IMG/VR virus record: IMGVR_UViG_3300034954_001540
Span: 16,865-80,864 of that record
Direction: 5' to 3' (one strand)
Length of the DNA stretch: 64,000 nt
DNA from: a virus
The notes under the pieces are model-generated. The model was not told where the DNA came from. It did no database searches and was given only the letters and a program-made list of their open reading frames with translations. Shown here in pieces: positions 1 to 12,000 of this stretch; position 1 is the stretch's first letter; each line of letters opens with the position of its first letter. Position numbers and translations under genes: made by a program.

Positions 1-1
1 T

Positions 2-3000
2 CCTGGATCTAACTTCATTCCTAACGACGTTGTTAGTGTCAACACTAATAATATCACTTTGGCAGAAGATGAGAAGTCTGTTGAGATCTCTGGTTTTGCA
101 TCTGTCAAGAAGATTCGTGTAACAGCACGTCTTGAGAAAGACATCATCATGACTGGTAGTGTTAGGACTGATAAGGTGTATTTCACATCTAATACTCCTC
201 ACTTCTATAAAGCAAACGATATTCTCTTTACCGAAGGATTCCAAGGTAATCAATTCAACGGATCTTTCTTCGTTGATGATGTTATCGGATCTAGAGAGTT
301 TACACTTGGCATTAGAGCAGCAGCAGTTTCTGATCCTGCCTTTGTCAATAATGGTATCCAGAATGTAAACGTCTATGCTAAGCATCCTACCCTTCTGTTT
401 ACCAGAAATCACCAGTATAACTTCGATGTTGGCGATCCTTCCAACTTCGGATACTACCTGTCCTTCTCTCAGGATAACCAGTATAAGTTGGAGTATTCCT
501 TCAATAATACTGTAAGAGATGGCACTCCTGGTATTGCAGGTGCTGGTGCAGGAAATCCATTCGTTAAATTCTTGGTGCTGGGCGATGTCACAAACATTTC
601 TTACTACTTCGATCCTTCTAGGACAGGAGCTAATTCTCCAGTCGGTGATAACTCGTATATTGACGTTATCACAACACCATATCAAGGTAGATTCAGAATC
701 AGCGAAATTGTAAGCGATACTGAATTCAAATTCCCACTTAATAGAGAGCCTGAGCGTAATAATGCTGAGATTGGGGCAAATGATCAAGGTCAGGAGTATT
801 CTTTCTACTCTACTACTTCTACAAGAGCAGTTGGACCTATCAACTCGATCAAACTGGTTTCTCCTGGTGGATTCTACAAAAAACTACCAATTATCTCCGA
901 TATTGCATCCTTCCGTCAAATTGAGAAGGTTGTTATCAATGACGGCGGCACAGAATACGCACCTGGCGTCTATTATGACGTTCCTGTTGCTGGAGACGGC
1001 GAAGGTGGTAAAGTTACCGTCACAGTTACTCCAGACGAGGAAACTGGGTCTGGAGCAATCAGTCTTGTCCAAGTTGCCGATCCAGGCAAAGGTTATACCG
1101 TTGCAAGCGTTGATATTGACGCTATTCCTGGCATTCTTGGTCCCACACTGTCTGGATCTGGTGGATCTGTCACAGTTGTGATTCCTAGCGAAGGTAGTGG
1201 TGCATCCGTCTTCTTGACTGGTAAAAATATCGGTAAGATCAAGAGACTTAAGAATAATGAGTTTGGTTTCGGTTATTCTCACGATTATACTCTGAAACCA
1301 GAAATTACCTTCCCTGTTAACCTCCAACTCTTCAATACTTCGATTCTTTCTGAAATTAAGATTATTGATCCAGGTGCTGGTTATACATCGACTCCTGCAG
1401 TTGTTATTGAAGGTGGTGGCGGTGAAGGTGCTGATGCAGTTGCCGTTATCAAGAATAATAGACTCAGTGAGATCATTATTAAGAATCCTGGTGCTGGATA
1501 CTCATCTGAGCCCACAGTTACGCTGAAGTCCGAGTTTAACTACGTTGTTAACCTTGACCTCAACTATCTGCAGTTTAACTTCCCTCACGGCATTACAACT
1601 GGTGCAGAAATCCAATTCCGTGCTGAAAATGTCGGTAGCACTGAAGGTATCCTGCCTAAACCCTCTAGCGCAGGTTTGACCTCTTTGGTTGAAGGTCAGA
1701 TCTACTATGCAATCGCTGGTCAACAAAATTCACTGGAATCCGACCAAATTCGCTTTGCACTGACTTTACAAGCAGCACAAGCAGGTGATTACATCACATT
1801 CCTGACTCAGGGTAGTGGTCGTCAAGTATTGCTCACCGAAGTCTTCGGTGGTCGTGCAGAAGCAGTTGTTGAGACATCTCGCTTCCTTGAAGGTGAAGAA
1901 GTCTACCAAGGTAGTGCAGTTGAGCTTGCAAGTGCAACTGGTAAGGTTTCTACCAATACTGGTTGGCAAATCGGTCCTAAGATCCTTAAAATCGTCGATT
2001 ACGACGGAGATTGGCAAGTTGGCGAAAAAGTCACTGGATCTATCTCTAAAGCGTCTGGTGTCATCGATAACTTGAGTATTGCTCGTGGTGTGCTGAATAT
2101 CGGCTCTCTGACAAGGACTCCTGGTAAGTTTATCGATAATGTCGGTAAACCTTCCGAAATTGTCCAAAAAATCCAAGATTCCTTCTTCTATCAAAACTTC
2201 TCTTACGTTATCAAGTCTGAGATCCCTATTACCGAATGGAAGACTCAAATCCTTGAAAACAACCACCCTGCTGGTTTCAACATGTTTGGTCAGTTGCAAC
2301 TGGTCGGCGGTAAGGATGTTTCGGGTAGAAAGGTCGGTACTGAGTTTACGAAGGAAGTTAACATCAATAACTACTCCAACGTTAACCAGATCACATCTTT
2401 CGGTGCAGCACAACCAATTTACACCGATTACAACAATACTGAAGTCCTCTTCCGTAAAAAGCGTCTGACTTCCTCTGAGGAAATCTTGACCTCTATCGTG
2501 AAGAAACTGGATGACATTGCTCCTCAGTTTAACGGTATTGACAAGTCCTTCCCAATTACAGTCGAAGGTGAGCAAGTTATCGTCCAGCAGAATCAGTTGA
2601 TGATTACCATCAACGGTGTGATTCAGGCACCTGGCGTTTCTTACTCTATTGTTGGTGGCAACATTGTATTCGCTGAGCCTCCCAAACCTGCATCTAGAGT
2701 TAACTACAGATCTATAGATATCACTCCTACACCAATTTACAGAATTGAGTTGTATTCTGGTCAGGCGGGTCCACCAAACTTCGGTATCTTCCCAACATTG
2801 GGTCAGCAAATCCAAGGTGCAGATAGCGACGTTGTTGCTACTGTTATTGACTCTGGCACAACCCATATTGACGTTATCAACTTGGTTGGTGGCACATTTA
2901 ACCTGAATGAAGAAATTACTCGTGGCACTCTCTTCTCAGCACTTGTCCAAAGTGTTACTCAGCTGAATAGCGATACCATCTTCCAGTTTGGTGAGTCTAT

Positions 3001-6000
3001 CACTAACCTTGAGGGTGATACTGCTATCATTGAAGAAACTAATATTGATGATGCTGGTAATGTCACTGACAGAATTGTGGTCAGTAAGACCTCAGGTACT
3101 GCACAGTTTGAAACTGGCATATTTGATCTGAGACTGAATGAGTATGTTTACTCAGCATCTTCTAAGATTGCAGGTCAGATTACATTCATCTCTCCTTATA
3201 TTGATCCCGCTACTAGCGACGCTGTTGACGAGTTGATCATCAACCCAGGCTCCACTTTCTACGGTCTGCTGTTTGAGCGTCTGGTTAGTATTACTAATCC
3301 TAATGTTATCCTTGATAACATTTCACAATCTTCTATCACACCTACTGAGCTCTACGATTCTGCCAGCAGAATCAATGCTGACTTCCTTGACTTTGAAGAA
3401 GTTAGAAATACTGAAGTCCAGTATACTCAGTTGTCAGGTGGTAACTTCCAAGAAGGCGACATTGTAATCAACAACAGAGCAAACTACGGCAACCCTGTTT
3501 CTGTATTCCATGGTGTTGCTGCAAACAGATTCAAGGATGCTTCGGCAATGATCCTTGGTAACAAGCAGCAAATCATCGATTTTGCTGAGGCAGAGATCGC
3601 TGTTAGACATCCTAGATTCTATTTCCCTGGCGATGTTATTACCAACTCTTGGAGCAGATATTCTGATGCATATCGTCTGATCCAAAGAAACAAGGAATAC
3701 ATTGCTAATAAGGCATACGATGAGATGATGACGCAATATACGTCACTCACCGTGCCTGATCCTTCTAAGTGTATCCGTGACCTTGAGTTGTATATCGATG
3801 CAATCTCTATCGATATCTTCCGTGGTGGTAACGTCTATACTCGTAAACTTTGCCAAAAGTATTTTGATACAAATGGCAACTTTGTGTATGTCAATAATGA
3901 GTCTGCTGAGACTCGTTATGGATTTGAGAAGGCAAAAGATTTGATGAAGTTGGCAATCACCAACAATCTGACTTCTAACTTCACAGCACCATCTGGTCAA
4001 CCCAATGGTGGCGTTACATTCATTCCTTGGAGTGAAATTGATCACGGTGGTTACGATGGTAACGGTATTACTGCTGACCCATCACCTAACGATCCTTACG
4101 GCACTAACGGTGCTAACCAGTCTAATAATGGCACTGATAACTGCACAGATGTGCAGGCAGCAATCACAACCCTCTATGAAGTTGTTGATGAAACTCTGCT
4201 GAATGGCACACTGGCTGACCTCCCTGATGAGTCTCTTGGCACATATTCTCCTGGTCAAATCAAGTGTCGTCGTGATATCGGTTTGATGATCGATGCTCTT
4301 GCAGAAGACGTTTCTCAGGGTGGTAACTACAACATCATTGAATTTACCAAGAAGTATTTCGATGCTGCTGGAGCACCTATTACTAACGGTTTGATCGGTG
4401 AATATGCAGAATCTTTGACTGCTATTGACAAGGCAATGCACTTGTCCTTCCAAGCAATCAACAACCTCCTTTATTATCAGGTCAATAGCAGAACCTCTGT
4501 TACTGGTTTCATGCTGAAAGATCCTACAACATATCAGGGTCCTTACAGTGGTGGTGAAGCAGACCTTGAAGAGTTTGATGTTTCTGCTGCAGTTTACACA
4601 CCTTCTAATGGTCAGTTGGTGTTGACTATCGGTAATCATACTCTGACTACATCCGATACTATTAAGGTTCGTCCACACTCTCTGAAGTTTACCTGTGATG
4701 CTGATGGCGATAGGACTTTCCACGATTATCCTCGTGCTGGAGATCCTGCATTCAATACTGCTGTCGCTATTACTGCCACAACTGGCACTACAATCACAGT
4801 AAACATTGGTGCATCTCCTCTGGTCCAATACACACCAACTGCTGCTACCTACAACCCAGCAACAGGTGATATGGAATTGACCATTGGGTCACACAGTCTT
4901 GAGATCAATGACTATGTGACGATTGCCAATGATTCGTTGACATTTACATGTGACATGGATAGTAATGGATCTAACCATACCTATCCTCGCTCTACTGACC
5001 CTGCTTCTGGTAAGCGTCTGTTTATCCATGCTGTAACTCCAACTACTATTACAGTTAACGTTGCTGCATCCCCTGCTGATCAGCAGTATGCTCACACCTT
5101 TGTTTCTGCCTCTGCTAATGCAGTTAGCAGTGGTGGTGGATATACTCACCAATTCATCAGCGCACTGCCTAATGCAGTCTTCACTGGCGGTGGCACAACT
5201 GCCAAATATTACGACCCGAATTACTACTCAGGCCGAAATGAGTCGATCCAGAATTGTGCCGATGTCCAAGCATATATCGCTACGCTCGTAGACATCTCTA
5301 CGACTGCGATTGCAGCACAAAACCTCAACAATATTAACGCTCTCGCAAGCATTACTGACGGCACCTTCGTTGCTGGTGAAAATATCCGCACCACGAAGAT
5401 TGCATATAAGGATAGTCAAGGTGGATTGTTTATTGTTGGAGATAACATCAGTGGTGTTACTAGCGGTGCAACATTTGAGGCAATCGGATCTAACTCTGGT
5501 CTGAAGTGGATCTTTGCTGATCAAGTTACTGGATCCTTCCAAGAGGGTGAATACATTACTAACTCCACACTCGCTAACCAAAATAACGTTACTCAGAGTG
5601 TTATTGAAAAATACTATAGATTGAGTGGTAGCAAGTCTGTTAGATTCCCATCTAACGGATATCTGGTTACTAGAGATAGTTACGACTTCTCCTTTGGTAA
5701 CACTGCAGACTTTACCATTCAGGGTTGGTTTAGAGCAGATAACCTGAGCACAACTCAGCACCTGTTTGACTTCCGTCGTCTTTCTGCTTCCTCTGGTTTG
5801 AGAATTACTCTCCAGACCTCTGGTGCAATCACAGTTTATAACGGCACATCTCAACTACTGACTGGCGGCACATTGCTCGCTAACAACTGGCATCACGTTG
5901 CAGTGGTTAGGACATCTAGCGTCCTTCAACTCTATGTTGATGGCACACAAGTTGGCGGCAACTATGCTGACACTAACGATTACGGTTACGCTGCAATCTA

Positions 6001-9000
6001 CATTGGTGCTGACTTCAACGGTGGTAACCAATTTACTGGTTACATGGATAACGTAGTTGTTAAGAATGGTCAGTCTGACTTCAACGCAACATTCGTGCCA
6101 CCCACGCAGATTGATTACTCTAACCAGTATGTCAAGTTTGGTCTTGACGGTGAGCAACCCTTCGTCATGGATAATCAGGAAACATATGCTACCTATACAG
6201 GTCAGCGTATTTCCTCTGCTGCAGTTAAGGAGCTCAACTACGATCTCAACTTTGCAATTATTGAAAACGTTGATCTTGGTAGATCTGCTCACAGAAATTG
6301 TGCTGATATTATTGACCTCAACGCAGCATGGATTGCTGAAGAGGCAGTCGGTAGAATGGAAGCAGCATTCCCTGATTTTGTCATTCCTGGCAACAACGTG
6401 GCCGAAGGCACATACCAAGGCACCAACAAGTGTATCAGGGATACTAAAGACTACATTATCGGCGCTCTTGTTAAGGACTTGAGAGACGGTGGTAACTACA
6501 ACTCTCTTTACACCGCTCGTACTTACCTTGAGGCATCAGGCAAACTGAAGCACGTTGGTAACGAGATTCTGCAAACTCTGTATGCATGGGATCAAGCATT
6601 CGTCCTTTCCAAGTATGTAATTACTACAACTGACACAAATCTAACTGGCACCTATACACAGAGACTGAGAATTCCTAACAACTTTGCATCTCCTGCATCT
6701 CAAGCCATTCAAGATGAGTTTGATCTGTTGGGTCGTGAAGTGCTGGAAGTCTTGGCACCTAATCCTGATATCTTCAGAGATACTGGCGTCCTTATCTGGA
6801 AAAACCGCAACTATATCGCAGAAGAAGTTGCTGGATATATTCTCGACAAGTATGAGATCAACCTTAATGGCACCGAGACTCAATTCCTCGTTATGCCTGG
6901 TTATGGTCAACCATACTGTGAGAGAGACGTTAAAGACTTCATTCTCCCTGCTGTAATTGCTGATCTTTGCACTGGTGGCACATATCAGACTGAAGCAGTT
7001 ATTGATCAGTATCTGGATTCTCAAAACAACATCTTGCATGTTGAGCATGAGTTGAATCCAATGTTGGACGCATTTGATCACGCTAAGATGCTTGCACAGA
7101 AAGCAGGAAACAACTTGCTTCTCTCACCTGGCGAGGTTTCTGCAGATCTAGGCGCTCCTGGCTGGGCACAAGATGATTATCACACTCCTCTGTATACTTC
7201 TCGTGGAGCATATAGAGATGATACCATCACAATCGATGACGAAGGTTATCCTCAAGATAACGTTTCTAACTGGAATCGTTTCAAGGATGCTACTAACGCC
7301 CTCAAGGCTAACATTGATCTGATTGCTCATGAGGCAGTTGAGACAATGAATGACATGTCTAAGTATGCACAATTCAAGATCAAGGGTGGTCCTGTAAACT
7401 GCACCGATGACGTTAAGGACATCCTTAACGCTATGGTCCATGACCTCAATTACAACTGTAATGAAAGAACTTGGGATGCTGCAAGTCTCTATGTTGAAAC
7501 AGAGAATAATTCTCTGAAGCACATTGAAGATGACTGGGAAGCAACTATTTCTGTCATGAAACTGGTCAGAGATATTGCTACCGTTACCATCAGAAATGGA
7601 TTCGGTAGAGATTATATTCCTGGCAATGATCCTAATAATGTCGATCCTTCTACTTACGAGGCAAACCCCAGAGAGCAAATCTTTGCTGATTGTGCTGATG
7701 CTATTGATTCAAATATTCGTTGGATTGCTGAGCAAGCAGTTAAGGCAGGCACCACACAGTATCCTTCATTGCAAATCAATGGTGGTGCTAGTGCAATGTG
7801 GTGGAAGGAATTCACTCCCACCAATGCAACTTATGTTGCTACCTCTGGTGTATTGACTCTTACAATTCCTGATCATGGACTCAACGTTGGTGAGCATATT
7901 AGTATTGCAGCAAATGGTCTTACATTTACCTGCAGTCAAGATAATTATGGATCTAACCATCCATATCCAAGAAATACTGACCCTGTTTATGAGAAGCGTA
8001 TCGTAATTACAAGTACAACTCAAGATACAATCTCAGTAGATGTTGGTGTGTCTCCTGCTGGTCAGCAATATACTCACCAGTTTGTATCTGCAGTCTCTGG
8101 CGCTATCCGTTATGGATGGAGCGATGGTGGAGAGCCCTTTACCCCAACTGCTATTACCTACACAGCAAGCACGGGTGATATGGTAATGACCATCCCCAAC
8201 CACTCTTTCAACGTTGGTAATAGACTGTCTATTTCTGAAGATTCTCTGACATTCACTTGCTCTCAGGATGCCTACGGTAGTGAGCATTCTTATCCACGCA
8301 AGAGCGATCCTGCATATGGCACAACTCGTGCTGTCACTGCAGTTGGCACATCTAGTCAGAATGTTACTGGTGCAACTTACGACCCAGTTTCAGGTCTGAT
8401 GACAATCACTACGAGTGGTAATCATGGATTGGTAACTGGAAACAGAATCAAACTTGCTACTGATTCTCTGACATTTACTTGCACAATGGATGGCAATGGT
8501 AGCAACCATGCATATCCTCGCTCTACTGACCCTGCTGCTAATAAGTGGTTGTTTGTCACTCGCGTTGATGATGATACATTCTCCTGCTATGTGGGTGTTG
8601 CTGCAAATTCAAATCAGTATGCACATACATTTGTGAGTGCTTCTGCTGGTGCAGTTATCAAGCAAGATGGTCAAGTTACAGTCAACGTTGGTGCATCTCC
8701 TGCTGGTCAACAGTATACTCACCAGTTTGTGAGTGCTAGACCAGATGCAATTATCTCCGCTGGAAGTATTGATTGTGTCCATGACGTAACTGATATTCTC
8801 AGAGCGTTGGTCTTTAACCTCAAGTATGGTGGTGACAACTGGATTAACTGGGTATCTGAATTCTATACAACATACTCTGGATCTCTTGCACACGTTACCT
8901 CACTGGCAACAGAAGTTAATTGGATTCTGGAAGAAACCAAGAGACTGGTTAAGCGTGCAATGCGTGGTCAGATCATCAATAACGTTGCAAATTATGGTGG

Positions 9001-12000
9001 ATCTCTTGAGACAAATGGTGGGCAGACATTTACAAATGCCACACCTAAACCCACCACGGTGCTTCGCAACTCTACACCTGATGGTGGTATTACTCTGGGT
9101 GGTGACTATAGCAACACCGTTACCCGCACATTTACTAACGGCACAAGCAACATTGCAAGTGGATCTGCTTCTGCAACTGGTATAACCAATGATGAAGATC
9201 TGGTTGGTAGTTGTGTGACGGTGCTTCCTGCTGGCACACCTTCTGATGGTTGCCTCTGGGAGCTTGGTGGTAATGGTGCTGGTTCTTGGCTCGGTATTAG
9301 AGACAGCGGCACATACCTCCGTCTCCGTGCTGGTAATGGTGCCAACTCTTATTCTGGTGGTGCATCTACCTCTACCGACGCAGGTCTTGCACTCCTTGAT
9401 GTCCAAGTCTCTAGTCTCTCAGCATACTTTGATGGTGGTCAGCATGAGATTACTTGGGAAATCAAGATTGGTGGCACAGTTGCCGCTGGAAACGGTCGTG
9501 TCAAACTCTGGATTGATGGTAATGAAATCGGTGATGCATCAACACCTGGATTGAATGTTGGTCTTTATGAAGCAGGTGGATTGTTGGCAGGTGGATCGCA
9601 GGGTGGTTTTGGTAGAGCATCTAGCGATAACAGCGTCCCACAAGGCGAACCTACTGCAGCATGGGCATACGCAACAGGTGACATGTCTTACTACAGATCA
9701 CGTCTGGTTGATCCTAACTACACAGGTCAGGAGTCTGATAGCGTTGCTACTGAGATTGATGATCTGATGGCACTGGTTACAGATGCAATCAGTAATCCTG
9801 GTAACGTTGCAAACCGTGTCAGCATCCTACCCTACATCTGGCCAATTAAGTATACGCCTGAAATTGCAGTTAGAGACACCACTTTGACATTCGACAGTGC
9901 TGCTGCTGAATGGAATCAAACTTGTGCTGAGGTTGCGTCTGGTATTGATACTTTGATGGATATCTATATCGATACGATTGAAAACGCAGCAAATAACAAT
10001 ACTAATCAGTTGAGCTCTATCTCTAGGACAACTAGAGCATCACAATACACAAATACTGTATATCAAGCAGGTACATGTGAAGGACCACAATCCGCCATTG
10101 ATACTCTGTTTGATCTCATGTCAGATACTCTTGGTGCTGGTTTCAATACCGACAAGGTTATTGCCAACATGATCCTCTTTAATAAGGATGCTATTGCACA
10201 GAGAGCATATGATGAGACTCTGGCATATTATGGCACCACTAATATGACAGTGGACTTTACTGCCAATATCGTCAAGGCAATCAGATATGACATGATCACC
10301 AGCGGTAACGCAGGTGGATTTAGACTGGTCCAAGATTGGTTTGATGGTGAGGGCAACTTTATCGCATTCCAAGATGTGTCTCGCACACATCTGATATATG
10401 CAACTACTCGCGTGCGTGAGTATGTCAAGTCTGTCTTGTATCAGTTGACTGAAGATCCTGGTTGGAATACTTACAACACCTATCAGTTGGGTCTGAATGG
10501 TCGTTTGGATTACAACCGTGAGGCATCTGAATTTATTATTGACTCTTCTATCAACCCTGTCGAGTATGCACTAGAAACATCTAAATTCCCAACAGAAGGT
10601 AGTGTTACTTGGGTGCCTAGCAGTGATGTAGAAAACATCAGCACAAAATATGAGTTGGGTTATGACTACAACACTGATCCTGCTCTGGTTACTCTTACTC
10701 CTATTGTCCCAGTTGGTTTCGACCGCGCTGAATATAGAGTTAGAATCAATCGCACCAACTCCTTCCGTCGTGGTGATATCCTCCAGTATATCCCAGCATC
10801 TGAGACTTCTGTCAAAGCATTCGCTGGTCAAACTTACTGGTATGTGATGACTGCTACTGCACAGTGGTTTGAAATTGGTGCCCATTACATGCACGATGGT
10901 AGATTCAGAAAACTTGAAGTTGATACCTCTAATAGTGGTCAACAAATTTTCTCTGTCGTCAGACGTAGTGGTATCTCTAGGAATGCTCCTAAGTATCCTG
11001 CAGATCCTTCACAGACACCTATTCAGGGTGGATTCAACCCCGCAGACGTTATCTACGGCACCACCTCCGAGTCCTCTTCTGAAATTGGTAGCGTTTCGCT
11101 CAACCAAGCAGAAATCAACAGACTCTATACTCGTTACGAGTTGGATAATGTCAGTCAGAATCTGGGTGTATATGAAAACTTCATTAACGGTGAGCAAGTC
11201 ACTGTCCAAGCAAATCCTGCCGTTTCAGGCACGATTCTCCAGACAGGTAAGACAAATCTCGATGGCGAAAACTTCGTTAATCTGATTACTGTCGCAGGCG
11301 TTATTAACGTGGGTGATGTCTTGGTTGGTGCTGATAGTGGCACGACTGCTGAGGTTGCATCCTTCGATTCTCGCATGTTGATCAACGTGGAGAGAGGATC
11401 ATTCGCACAAGGCGACTGGTTGTTTGATAAGGATTCTGCGACTGAAGCATACGCTAACACATACCTCAACAAGTCTGGATCTCTTACAGGTAATGACGGT
11501 GGTCGTATCACGATTGACGTTGAGACCATTGGCGATGCATGGGAAGCTGGTGATGTTATCTACGGTAGCGTCACTGATTACATCCTTGAAGTTAAGGGTC
11601 TCTCTGGCACACAGATTCAACTTAACCAGTATATCCACGGCACCAACGTTTACCAGTTGGAGCTTGGTCCTCCAATTATTGACACGGGTATCTCTGATAC
11701 ATTCCGTGTGGGTGATGAAGTTGTCCTCCTGCAGGGCACCACACGCAAAGATCCTGGATTCTCTGCAACTGTCACAGAATACATTAACGGACTTGATATC
11801 ACTGATAGCAACGATCCTAACTATCAGATTCACCGACTCTTTATCGGTAACTTGCGTGATATTGGCACTGGCGAACCTATCTCCGCTGTCACTCAACCTG
11901 CTAACAACATCGGTAAACTTGACCTTGGATCTAACTTCCCAAGCATTTATGCCAACGTTACATCCTACACCGACACTGGATATACATCCTACGGGCGCGT

